64,000 bases of DNA from Octopus vulgaris (lineage: Eukaryota). Location: NCBI GenBank assembly GCA_951406725.2, contig OX597817.1, forward strand, positions 60,202,001 through 60,266,000, given 5' to 3'. Below the pieces are notes generated by a model, which was given only the letters and a program-made list of their open reading frames with translations, was not told the DNA's origin and searched no databases. Shown here one piece after another: positions 40,993-53,679 of this stretch. Every line of letters starts with the position of its first letter. Position 1 is the stretch's first letter. The translations under genes and the position numbers were made by a program.

Positions 40993-41224
40993 CTGTAAAC
41001 ATTGAAAAGGGGGCAGCGAAGAACACAAACGAACAGTTTTAATAATGAGAATTAAAAAAAAAAAAAAACAATTTCAGAGTATATAATTCACTCATTCATT
41101 AAGTTTATCTGCTCACTTATTCTCTCGCTCATTCATCCAGGCAGCCATTTACTCCTCAATCTCTTATTCACTTGATCATTCATTCTTTGTTTTCGTTAAT
41201 TCATTTGCTTAACTCATTCGATAC

Positions 41225-41462
41225 TCAATCATTCACTCGTTCATTCACTCACTCACCCACTCACTCACTCATTCACTCACTCATTCACTCACTCACTCAC
41301 TCACCCACTCACTCATTCACTCACTCACTCATTCATTCACTCACCACTCACTCACTCACTCACTCATTCACTCACTTACCCACTCACTCACTCACTCACT
41401 CACTCACTCACTCACTCACTCACTCACTCACTCACTCACTCACTCACTCACTCACTCACTCA
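41225..41462. repeat. (CACT)n microsatellite
   Basis: Read directly from the sequence. Confidence 0.95.
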
Positions 41463-41646
41463 TCAATGAATGAACGAATGAATCAGTCAATCAATGAATT
41501 AATCAACCAGTCGTTCACTCAAACAATCACTCAATCACTCACTCAAATGTCCAACCAATCAACCGACCGGCCAACCGATCGATCGATCGATCAATCAGTT
41601 GCCTAATGAATTAATGAAATTATCTCTGGAGACGATTACTGTAGAG

Positions 41647-42138
41647 TAGGGGTTCTCAACCGTTTTTTTTTTTATCTATAAACCTCTTTTTGTGGCCCAC
41701 CCCCATAGCCATTCGAAGTTTAACCCTTTGAGCTCTGACCTCCTGAACTTTATTTTACCATATACCTGGCACTCCATCGGTGCTACAGTATAGAGCGGTG
41801 CTACGGTAGAGAGAAGATTGAGCCATCCACCGGTAAACCGGTGTTGCGGGTTCAAAGGGTTAAAAAGTGGTTGCAGAGAAACTTCTTTCGAAATTCTGTT
41901 TCTCACCCGTTCTCTTGTATGCGTTTGTAACAGAACTCATTGAGAGGACCGGTTTCAGTGGCTGGAAACGTTAAGCTATGGAAGACATTCGAGAAAGAAA
42001 CCTAATTGCTTGTTGCGATAAATACATTCAAATCAAGACATTTCCTGAACCCTTGAGTTACTACAGTGGGCCCCAGTTTGCTATTTCGCTTGCGTAGGCC
42101 CCACAAAATGTTATATGGACCCCGGCTGAGGACGGCTA
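41647..42138. mobile_element. hAT-family MITE
   Basis: Identical 8-bp TSD ctgtagag at 41639-41646 and 42139-42146. Imperfect TIRs taggggttctcaacc and ggctgaggacggcta. Confidence 0.75.
41724..41859. mobile_element. 136-bp piggyBac-type MITE nested in the hAT MITE
   Basis: TTAA on both sides. TIRs ccctttgagctc and gggttcaaaggg. Confidence 0.8.
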
Positions 42139-42485
42139 CTGTAGAGTAAGAAGCAAACTATTGACCAGTTCGGATAGCGTTCCGTTTCGATTCTCTGTTG
42201 ACGTCAGTTCAACCCCTTGTACATCATAAATGTATTTTGAAGAATAAATGGCGATAATCTCATTCCCCCCTCTCTTGTCTACTGTAAAAAACAAACCCGC
42301 ATTCATTCCGAACTATTTTCTTTATGAGAAATATCATTGATTGGGAGATTAGTTTTATTAAATTCAATGAACAGAAGCTGGGCATTTGTCACATGTATTT
42401 TTCTAAAACTCCACTATCGGTCCTAAAATGTGACTGCAGTCTTGAGAATCGAAATCAACTTTCCAATTTATTTTTCTTCAACTTA

Positions 42486-43236
42486 CCGTATATGCTTCTG
42501 TAAAAATCGAATTTTTTAGACTATTTTTTAAGGTCAAATTTATGGGGTCGACTACTACTTTTGAGGGGCTGAAATTCAAGCTAGAATCCGAAGTACCGTA
42601 TCACCAGCATAAGCCCCAACTGATCTCTAAGCGAATAAAAACAAAAACACAAAGAATTACAGTAATGTTACCAATTCTATGCATCAAAACAGACGTCCTT
42701 GTAAAATACAAAGGTTTAGCGATTAATTGAAGGTTTTTAGGTTTACCGAAGTCATGCCTTTGTACAGATTTAGACAATGGCGTTTGCCAGTGTTCGCCAA
42801 TAGTGCTGTTTGTGAAACACGTTTCTCACCATCTAAACAACGAATGTATGATACATGTGTTTATTGAGCTTGAAGATGTATGCAGTCTTGCAGCATATCA
42901 TGTGCATACATTTTAGAAATGGTGATGTAGCACCCATCAACAGATGGGTAGTGCTTGCTTTGAAATTGTATTTTACTATAAGCACCAAACATTCCATTAT
43001 AAGCACCCAGCATTCCACCTACAGAGCAGGCTACAGTAAGGTAGCCACACAATTTTGCAACAGTGTTATTTCTACGTACAGGATAATACGGTACCTTGAG
43101 CCACAAATGTTGTCCTGTTGTTCGTGAAATACTAGGGTCAACTTTTATACGGGGTCTATGAAAAACCCTCCATTTTTTGGCCCAAAATAAGGGATCGACT
43201 TTTACATGAGATCGACTATTACTCCAGAATATATGG
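42486..43236. mobile_element. Tc2/pogo-like non-autonomous DNA transposon
   Basis: TA flanks. TIR ccgtatatgcttctgtaaaaatcga versus reverse-complemented ccatatattctggagtaatagtcga (18/25 match). Confidence 0.55.
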
Positions 43237-43954
43237 TAACCAAGGTGGAATGGATTGTGACCCCTACTGTTCGCAGTCCCAGCCTCACCAGCAGGATCGG
43301 TGTGTTTATCGTTTCGCCTGAATAGTCGCGAGCAGCTGTAGGAAAAAATGTGTTGGGATGAAATTGCAGGGGTCCGACGTTTGAGCGAGAAGATGATGTG
43401 AGGGCTTCAACTGGATTAGCTTTAGTGAGCGGTGGACGCGGCACAAAGCCAACGAGCTCCGAGGCGCAGAGACAACTGTAGTAATAGTTGTAGTAATAAT
43501 AGTTGTAGTAGTGATAGTAGTAGTAGTAATAAGAGAGAGGGGAGAGAGAGAAAGAGAGGGAGAGAGGGAGAGAGAAAAACGTTATGTAAAGCATCGCCTT
43601 CGAAAACACACCTTTAATTGAATCGTGTAAGTCTCAGCTCAGAAGTTCAGGTGAGGTTAAATACTTCGTCTAGATTAAAGCGTAAGATAACCCTTACATA
43701 ATTGTTTATATACATATGAAATTATTTAAGTGGCGAGACGCAATTTAAAACCAAAAGTCATCAATACAAGCGCCACTAAAAGTGACGATTCTATGTATGT
43801 ATGTATGTATGTATGTATGTATGTATGTATGTATGTATGTATGTATGTATGTGTGTTTGTGTGTGTATGTATATATACATATATATATATGTACATATAT
43901 ATATATATGTATATATACATGTATATATATCTCTCTCTCTCTCTCTATTTATAT

Positions 43955-44004
<50 letters not shown>

Positions 44005-44074
44005 CTATATACAGGCACCTATATACAGGCACCTATATACAGGCACCTATATATTTTCATATATCTATATATGC

Positions 44075-44114
<40 letters not shown>

Positions 44115-44219
44115 ATGTGTGTGTGAGTGTGTGTGTGTATATATATATACACACGTATGTATATATATATATACATATATATACATGCATATATATATGT
44201 ATATATATGTCTCTCTCAA

Positions 44220-44262
<43 letters not shown>

Positions 44263-44364
44263 GTGCCTGTCTGTCTGTCTATCTATCTATCTCTCAATCT
44301 CTCTACCAATCTATCTATCTATCTATTTATTTATCTGTCTGTCTTTCTATCTAAAATAACGAAC

Positions 44365-45190
44365 AACCTTTCCGTATCTCCTTCCTGCCGTGGGCGGTGT
44401 ATGACACACTCCCGACGCCAACAAACCTGCACAGATTGGGTTTGAGGGAAGACCAGCTGTGTAGACTTTGTGGAGAAAGTGGCAGTCCAGCACACATCTT
44501 GGAAGGGTGCAGAATACTACTTTCTCAAGGCGGATATAAATGGTGCCATGATAGGGTGCTTCCAATACTTGCTCACACCCTGGAGCAGGGAAGGCAACAG
44601 CAGCAATTAAGTTCTTGAAAGAGGGAGAGAGGCCAGTAAAGTTAGCAAAAACAATACATAGATATGAAAGTGGATCTAGAGGAAAGATAGCAGTTTTCCC
44701 AGGTCGTCAATACAACCCTGAGGCCAGATGTGGTCCTGTAGTCTGAAAAAATTATCGTAATTGAACTCACAGTTCTGTGGGAAGAGGGGTGTGACGAAGT
44801 CCATGAACGGCAGCATGCCAAATATGAGAGCCTTCTGCAGGATTGCAAGGAGAAGGGACGGCAGGTACAGCTTTTCCCAATCGAGGTTGGGATTCCCTGC
44901 TCAGTCGGCATGGACGATGCTACAGCCATTGGAATGAGAACTAAGGAGCAAAGGGTGGCTGTGCGCAGGATGGGAGAGGCAGCTGAAAGAGCCCCTTACT
45001 GGCTTTGGAGCAAGAGGGAAAAGTTAAACTGGAAGCCAGGAGGAGATGAGGGGCAGTTACTTGGCTACCTCTAATGACCCACCAACGGAAAGATGTTACG
45101 GTCCAGGTTCGAAATACCCGATGAACGTTGGATACCGTCTGACAACATCAGGCCCTCCTGGTAAAGGCTCCAGTCACTTTGGTGAATGGA
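44365..45190 (+). mobile_element. RLE-type non-LTR retrotransposon 3' part (Hero/NeSL-like), decayed
   Basis: LPTPTNLHRLGL..CRLCGESGSPAHILEGC...YKWCHDRVL (CCHC knuckle), then RPDVVL...IVIELTVLWEEG...AKYE (restriction-like endonuclease). Contains stops and frameshifts. Confidence 0.8.
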
Positions 45191-45219
45191 AAAAGCAACT
45201 CCTTATAGGTGTTATTAAC

Positions 45220-45250
<31 letters not shown>

Positions 45251-45301
45251 TGTATGTATGTATGTATGTATGTATTTATGTATACATACATATATACATA
45301 A

Positions 45302-45363
<62 letters not shown>

Positions 45364-45374
45364 TTTTATTTTAT

Positions 45375-45632
45375 TTGTTCCAGTCATTTGACTGCGTCCA
45401 TGCTGGAGCACCACCTGTAGTCGAACAGATCGACCCCAGGACTTATCCTTTGTAAGCCTAGTACTTATTCTATCGGTCTGTTTTGCCGAACCGCTAGTTA
45501 TGGGGACATAAACACACCAATATCGGTTGTCAAGCGATGGTGAGGGGGGACAAACACAGACACAGAAACACATAATACTTACTTACACACACACATACAT
45601 ACATACATACAAACACACACACACACACACAC

Positions 45633-45705
<73 letters not shown>

Positions 45706-45850
45706 GACAGGCTTCTTTAAGTTTCCGTCTACCAAATCCACTCACAAGGATTTGGTCAGCCCGAGGCTATATTAGAAGGCACCCAAGGTGCCACGCAGTG
45801 GGACTGAACCCGGAACCATGTGGCTGGTAAGAAAGCTACTTACCACACAA
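45375..45850 (-). mobile_element. tRNA-derived SINE, second family
   Basis: Reverse complement of the 23780-24157 family. Further copies at ~48310-48730, 51010-51160 and 53685-53795. Confidence 0.85.
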
Positions 45851-46369
45851 TATATATAACATGGAAAAAATGCGAGCAGGAGAAATAATATTGTTAAGAT
45901 TATAAACCTGGAAAATTACAGGACAAGTTTTTACATTTGTTAAAGTTCAGGACAACTTATTACATCTTGTAAAGTACAGAACAAGAAAATCTTTTCTTAA
46001 AATACTGTGTCAATATTTTAACAAAATGATGGTGCCTTTTTAAAAAAATTATAATGATATTTTGTAAATTACAATCAAATAGTTTTTAATATTCAAATTT
46101 TATCCTTAGCTGCAATATTTTAAGTAAAAATGTTCTTGTTCTATACTTTACCAAAGTTTTATATATATATTTAAAGAATAAATGTGTGTGTGTGTGTGTT
46201 TATGTGTATATGTCACAAACAAACACGTGTTTCGGTATGCCCGGATTATATAATTCCTTGTTGAAGCTTTATATAATTTTGTTAAATTACCTCTTTAGTG
46301 TTTAGCAAAAAACACAATGAATGGTGTTAAATGCTCAATATGTATATTCCCGTTATGCAAATTACGAAC

Positions 46370-46441
46370 CTCTTCAGTAGCACAATGCAGCAGAAGATGA
46401 ACAAACAGATTACAGAAGTTCGAGACTGCGTCTTTCCATGT
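46370..46441 (-). CDS. uncharacterised protein, coding exon 2
   Basis: Acceptor gtgtccctttag, donor GAG|gttcgt. 72 nt, phase 0 to 0. Encodes TWKDAVSNFCNLFVHLLLHCATEE. Confidence 0.6.
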
Positions 46442-46789
46442 CTAAAGGGACACGACCATGACAATGATATTGATAACAAGAACAATAACATCAATAATAA
46501 TACCAGTAGCCGGGATGCTGGCCACAGCACCAGCATTCATGCCATAAATGAAGGTCAGATATGCTGCAGTGAGTTTATTGTCAAGTTTATGGTCACAACT
46601 CCAAACAATCTGCTTTCTGGCAAAGAGCCAGCGAAGCTTTGATTCATTTCGACACATTACATGACTGGTGATTTCTTTTTCATCGAACCCCCGACGTCAG
46701 GGATGAAAAGACAAGTTAACTTTAGACGAGCATAGACGTCAGAACTAAACGCTAAACTAATAATAATAATAATAATAATAATAATGATG

Positions 46790-46871
<82 letters not shown>

Positions 46872-46873
<2 letters not shown>

Positions 46874-47433
46874 GCCCTGATGCAGTACCAGGCAGTGGCT
46901 CTCATGGCTTCTGACTTTGATTTTAACTGATTGGAAGTGTTATCATGTACATTGTTTTGTCTTGGTATAAAAGATGGGCTACAGCAAATATTCTGCTCAA
47001 TACCACAGATTTGCTTGTCAGTTGTTTGACCGTAACCAGTTGAGCATGTCCCATAGTGGCTGACGATATGTGCATCTCTGATCACGAGCAGAAGTAGTGG
47101 GGGAGCATCATAGCCATGTGTTGAGAGGGATTCTTTGGGGTTTGAATAGTTCACCTCTGGAAACATGGGTGGTTCTTTCAACATCCTTAAACAACCCTTA
47201 TTCAGGGACCGTTTGAGCGGGATGGGCTACTCAACCTGAAGAAAATTCTAATTGGGCCCCACCTGCAAGGTCATGTGCTGTTTATCTTGATATGAGATCA
47301 CCATATCGCGCACATATGGTTGTGATGCATGTGCCTGGTGTACCCTTATCAGACGGGTAGTCATGATGGGTATATTGGGCTTCGTATATTTTACCCCAGT
47401 GTCACTTTGATGGCATGAACTGCTCTCTCACTC
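46872..47433. mobile_element. interspersed repeat inserted within an (AAT)n tract
   Basis: ~560 bp of GC-richer sequence with (AAT)n directly on both sides and no convincing ORF. Confidence 0.5.
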
Positions 47434-47454
47434 AATAATAATAATAATAATAAT

Positions 47455-47874
47455 CCTTTCTACTGTAGGTACAAGACCTGAAATTTTTTTTTTTTTTGGT
47501 GGGGGGGATAAATCGATTACATCGACCCCAGTACTCAACTGGTACTTATTTTATCGACCCCGAAAGGATGACAGGCAGAGTCGACCTCGGCGGCATTTGA
47601 ACTCAGAACGTGAAGACAGACGAAATGCCGCTAAGCATTTCGCCCGGCGTGTTAACGTATCTGCCAAATAAAAATAACGACTTCTTTTATAATCGTTTTT
47701 ATTAAAGGTACAAAGCCCGAGATTTGCAGGAAGGGGACTAGTCGATTAGATCGGCCCCCTAAAGGAGGAAAAGTAAACTCTATCTCGGCGGAATTTGCAT
47801 TCAGAGCATAATGACGGACTAAATGTCGCTAAGCATTTTGTCCGGTGTGCTAACGTGTCTGTCAGCTCGCTACC

Positions 47875-47875
<1 letters not shown>
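47455..47875 (-). mobile_element. two tandem tRNA-derived SINE copies
   Basis: ggtacttattttatcgaccccgaaaggatg...cggcggcatttgaactcagaacg, plus a second degenerate copy. Confidence 0.8.
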
Positions 47876-47916
<41 letters not shown>

Positions 47917-48799
47917 GTAATAATGGTGATGATGATAATAATAATAATAATAATATTTTTATTTTCCTTAAAATGTCAACCCTCTGGAATTCCATCCTTG
48001 TACAGGTCATTGACTGACGACAGGCCACAGTTTATGAGGAAAATTAAACGGCATTGGTCTCATCAATCGGAGGATTTTCGAAGTCTGTGCACCTTTCACC
48101 GGACCCACCACACACACACACAAAACAACAACAAACAAGCACAGTAATAAAACAAACAAACCCGTCATCACATCCTATCACACACATACGCTATTACAAT
48201 ACGGATCTAAGAACACTTTCCCTTCCTCCTCATCAGACAAACACAGAAACAACAACAACAATAAACTAATTAGAGCCAAATATTACATCATAAAATATCT
48301 TTTTTTTTTACTTGTTTCAATCATTGGATTGCGGCCATGCTTGGGCACGGCCTTGAAAGGTTTTTTAGTCAAATAAATCAGCCGCAGCACTTATTTTTAA
48401 AGTGTGATACTTATTCTATCAGTTAGTTTTGTCGGACCGCTAAGTTACGGGGACATAAGCAAACGAACACCGGTTGTCAAGTGGTGTAGGGACATATATA
48501 CAAACATACACACACACACAGGCGCGCAAGCACACACACATAGAAGTATACACACACACACACACGTACACACACATGTGACAGGCTTCCACAGAGTTTC
48601 CAATCAATCAAATTCACTCGCAAGTAATTTGATCCGGTACTATAGAAGAAGGCACCTGTTCGAGGTACCATGCAGTGGGACTGAAGCGGAAACTACGTGA
48701 CTACAACGCGAGCTTTTAAGCAGACAGCTATGCGAGCAGATTGAATAATAAAAGGACATACAACGCGCCCAGGCTGTCATATTACTTCCCTTCCATCGG

Positions 48800-49377
48800 T
48801 GCGTACAGTTTGGTTTCTGATTACAAATATCTTGGGTCATACATATCATCTAACTAGAAAGGGTATGGCCTGGTCAGCCTGTAATGACATGCATAGGATC
48901 TGGTCATCAAATCTAAGTAGAGACTTCAAACTTGAAATCTTCAAAGCCACAGTCGAACCAATTCTACTATATGGCTCAGAAACCTGGACGTTATCAAAGA
49001 AGCTTGAGAGGCGGTTGGATGGAACCTACACTCGCCTCCTTATGAGAGCTCAAAATATCTCGTGGAAGCGCCATCCAACCAAAATGCAAATATATGGGAA
49101 ACTACCATCTGTGTCATCTTTTGTGAAAGGTAAGAGAGTCCAGTTTGCTGGACATTGTTGTAGAGCTGAAAAAGAGGTAATTTCTCCTCTTCTCCTCTGG
49201 AAGCCATCTACTTGCAATACCAGAGGGCGCACACTCTCCTACCCTGATGTAATCTCCAGGGATACAGGCATCCAGCAACAGGACCTCCGTAATACCATGA
49301 TGGACCGTGAAGTCTGGCGTAGCATGGTAAATTCCATTGTCTCGATCACGGTCGAACAATGATGATGATGATGATGA
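48800..49377 (+). mobile_element. RTE-type LINE, 5'-truncated, (GAT)n tail
   Basis: DYKYLGSYI, then KLEIFKATVEPILLYGSETWTLSKKLERRLDGTYTRLLMRA...FAGHCCR...DREVWRSMV*. Confidence 0.88.
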
Positions 49378-50101
49378 CAGTTTGGTCCGAAACTAGGCAG
49401 ATCAGAGTATCTGGGACTTGCGCCTTGGCCGTTTGACTGACTTCCACCAATATCCTTAAATACGTATTACACTGACCACTAAAAATTGAATCCAAATGAA
49501 AGATAATCCGACAATATCAACATATGGTAATAATATACACAACGAACCCACCATAAACCAATAAACCAAGAACAAGTTGAACACAACGAGAATGAAGGAC
49601 AACATAGAACAACGAGACTACAAAGTATAAAAGATTCACAGGCAATTAGCTCATCAAACATATTCCCATTATCAGCTGCCTAACGGGTTTCAATACATGA
49701 GCAGTACCATTTAATCGGGCGGTGTCAACAGCGTTATAAGCATAAATGTTGCATGAGAATGTATAAGATGAATAACAGATGCAAAACAGCGAAATATATC
49801 CATTACGTCTCCACCAGCTTATTATTATAATTACAAGCATTTAATCACAAACAAATATCGTATCAGACCTGCAGCTACGAAAAACTGAAATTAAAAAAAA
49901 ATACTCCCTATAAAACCGAGAAATATCTCCAGAAAAGACATTGCTACTTGAAACAAATTCTACCGAACTTAGTTTAAAACACGCCACCAATACATAATAC
50001 ATGCATATTTATACAAGATATGAAGCGCTTTCACACAGACAGACAGACAGACACACACACACACACAATCTGACACTGAAATCAAACATGTTAGAACGTA
50101 C

Positions 50102-50122
50102 CTTCTTAGGTTCGTCAGCCAT
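50102..50122 (-). CDS. uncharacterised protein, first coding exon (MADEPKK)
   Basis: GCAATGG start context, in-frame TGA upstream, donor AAG|gtacgt, phase 0. Confidence 0.6.
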
Positions 50123-50439
50123 TGCTAATTTATAAAGCGAAAGTCGCCGTCGTCGGAGTCATTGAATGTTGACGTCGACACTTGTTCAACTGTTGTGGTC
50201 TCGACAGAAGTGTTTGGTGACTGTCTCTACTCAACGACACAAAACAATTGACTCTTTGTGTCTCTATGGTGACACATTAAATACAAACTAATCTCAAAAT
50301 TCAAAATGTGTTTTAACAAGTATGAAATACAAATCGGACACAGCATAGCTTCCTCCCCACGACTCACCCCCCAACCACTCTCTCCCCACCACACTCCAGA
50401 TTTCCGATTTTCACTATTTTCTTTTTCACTTTAAAGCTA

Positions 50440-50461
50440 ATCTTCTTTTCTTTCTTTCTTA

Positions 50462-50496
<35 letters not shown>

Positions 50497-50549
50497 ACTT
50501 TCTTTCTTTCTTTCTTTCTTACTTTCTTTCTTTCTTCCGTCCTTCCTTC

Positions 50550-50626
<77 letters not shown>

Positions 50627-50672
50627 TTCCTTCCCTCCTTTCTTTCTTCCTTGCTTCCTTCATTCCTTCGTT

Positions 50673-50714
<42 letters not shown>

Positions 50715-50770
50715 TTTCCTTCCTTCTTTCTTTCTTCCTTCCTTTCTTTCTTCCTTATTTACCTTCCTTC

Positions 50771-50819
<49 letters not shown>

Positions 50820-50835
50820 TTCCTTTCCTTTCTTC

Positions 50836-50880
<45 letters not shown>

Positions 50881-50921
50881 TTTCCTTTCTTCCTTTCTTC
50901 CTTCCTTCTTTTCTTTCCTTC

Positions 50922-50975
<54 letters not shown>
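50440..50975. repeat. (CTTT)n/(CCTT)n polypyrimidine tract
   Basis: Read directly from the sequence. Confidence 0.95.
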
Positions 50976-51164
50976 AGCATTTTCTTTTTGGCGTACGGGT
51001 TTAAACGGTTATAAGCTAGATTTAAGCTGTAAACCAACTGCTTTTAAGTTCAAATCCCATAACGCGGCATTTTGGACAGGTGTACTCCACCATAGCCCTG
51101 GGTCGAGCAACACCTTGTGACTGGAATTGGTTGACAGAAACCATGTGGAAGCTTATTTCATATA

Positions 51165-51224
<60 letters not shown>

Positions 51225-51416
51225 CATGTATATACATGCGTATGTATTTATAAATATATATACATATATATGAACTGACCTATCTATCTACCTGTTCGTC
51301 TGTCTGCCTGTCTGCCTGTCTATCTATCTATCTATCTATTTCAACTAATTTAAATATTTGTTAACTCGCAACACTGCTTTCGCATACATGCATACGCGCG
51401 CACACACACGCACGCA

Positions 51417-51486
<70 letters not shown>

Positions 51487-52652
51487 GAGCAGTTATTGGT
51501 GAGGGATTACCAATCCGGGCAAAACAAAATACTTTACAAGAATTAACCAGGCTGACAATATTCTTTAGATTATTAAAGAACTCCACGTATTCTTATGGCA
51601 GGGCCAGAGCTTATGGTTCATCACCGTTCTATATTGTTATTCCGTGGTCGTGTTCTAGTTATGCCGGTCTTTACACAGAGTGACATACAAGACAAGGCAT
51701 CAAATAATGGTCATTAGAAATATTTCTCTTTAGTGCAGTAAATTTGGACATCCCTCCCCGTTTTCCTACCAAATGCCTCCGCTCCTCTTTTCCTTCATTA
51801 ATGTCTAACCTTTCTTTCCTCCTCTTCGCTTTAGTCCTTCTTTCCCAAATCATCATTTCTCTTCCCTTTTCTTCTTCATCTCTCTTTCATTAACCTTATT
51901 GGCTTCCCTCCACTCCCCACACTCCATGTCTGTACTTTTCCTTCGGTGTTTCGCTTCTGGATAACCTGATATGATTCTGTCGAAAGTAGCATTAATTTTC
52001 TTGGTCCTTCAACTTTTCTCAACCGATCAATGGACCGATTGAGTAAACCTATCAATAACGAACTTACAATGACTACTGGAAACAACTGTAAGTCAAATCT
52101 ATTCCAATATATGATTTGTTTTCAGAAATATTAAGGACTTAATTTGAGTATCATAGGTATTTCCCAGTAGATGTCTTTAAATCTTCGATTTAAAATTGAG
52201 TAATTCAAGGGGAGTCCAGCATTTGAGTCTGTATTGACAAACATTAATTTTAAACTGGAAGTTGTGTCCGCGGTATGAGACGTATTGGCACAGCATTCAG
52301 GCGTCGCCTATATTGTGTCGCTGATTCGACGCTTTAAATGTTTCTCTCGTTTTCTTTCTATCTGATTACGCGTGTCAACATATTTCTCTTTATGTCTATG
52401 AAGAGAGAGGAAAGTGTTTATGCCATTTGTGTCCAATTAATAAAATTATGTCTCTTTCCCTCCCGCCTCTCTCTCTTACTCTTTTATTCTGTATGGCCAT
52501 ATTTCTGATCACGCGCGCGTCTGATTCCTGTGGGATAACATCCAGAAGCAGGAGCGATCTTAAAAAAACTGTATTCCAAACATCTTTCTCTTCAAAAGAA
52601 ACTGAAATTTGTCCGAGGAATCAAGAAACTTTAAAATGCTATTACTAGCAAT

Positions 52653-52704
<52 letters not shown>

Positions 52705-52705
<1 letters not shown>

Positions 52706-52890
52706 AGAATTCACGAAAAAACAAAAGACGAAGACAGGTAGTGTAGAAAACAAACAGATGTATATGTATAACGCTCGGGAATTGAAAAAGTCTTTTACGT
52801 TTCGAGCCTACGCTCTTCTACAGAAAGGAACACAGAAAGAAACAAAGAGAGAGAAAAATGTGTGTAGTGGCTACCGATCTATCATGGCGA
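52705..52890 (-). mobile_element. Penelope-derived repeat with a hammerhead-like motif
   Basis: Copy of 28130-28310. cttt-CTGTAGA-a-GAGC-gtag-GCTC-GAAA-CGTA-aaag at 52792-52827. Confidence 0.65.
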
Positions 52891-53003
52891 CTCCAGAGAG
52901 AGAGAGAGAGGCAGAGTGAGAGAGAGAGAGAGAAAGAGAAAGAGAGAGAGAAAGAGAAAGAGAGAGAGAGAGTGAAAGAGCATAAAAAAATAGGAGATAT
53001 GAG

Positions 53004-53223
53004 AGGTGAATATATTTATTTAAACACTTTATATCTATAAGCTTACGGCCGTTTCGCAGCCTTCTTCATGTAACAATAACGTCAGTATATACTGGATTAT
53101 TTTACATGTCTTCACCGATATGCACATTGGTGAAGACAGGTAAAATAACTTATATGTATTATGTCGACCACGAATCGGCCGTAATAGCACGGGTGTCAAG
53201 TGGTTAGGTAAATGTATTCACCC
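53004..53223. repeat. degenerate foldback repeat with hammerhead remnants
   Basis: ggtgaatatattta...ttacggccgtttcg versus cgaatcggccgtaa...taaatgtattcacc. Central hairpin ttattttacatgtcttcacc/ggtgaagacaggtaaaataa. Confidence 0.6.
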
Positions 53224-53640
53224 TTCGTACCTCCTGACATGTTATCGTTTATATCCTCCCCGTGAAATAATCTTGTAAATTGGATCTTCTGGATTTCAGC
53301 TGCATAGAATTCTACATTAGAACAGGGTCACAGATTTACAGCAGAATGGGATTGGAGCAATGGGAAATGGTTTGCTCAAAAACACAAAGCATCTCCAGCC
53401 GGGGAATCGAAACCATGACCTCGCGAGCATGCAACACTCCAACCACTTGGTCACACACACACACACACACGCATGTATGTGTGTATGCATCAGTGTGCTA
53501 TGTACACGTAAGCCTTAGAGTGCTTTTACTAAATTAGAAGAGGTACACCGAGGGAAGATGAAAGAAGCTAAATCGGTTTAGGAGGAACAAACCTCTAAGT
53601 TACAGGGACGTAACCACACCAACACCGATTGTTAAATTGT

Positions 53641-53679
<39 letters not shown>

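Noticed and set aside
42487-42497. 11-nt microexon (ttttacag|AAGCATATACG|gtaagt) that together with 38524-38567 would keep the reading frame
   Set aside because: It lies inside the TIR of a Tc2-like element. Exon 40917-40992 alone gives the needed phase 0 to 1 change, and including both creates a stop. It remains possible only as an alternative path; junction reads would decide.
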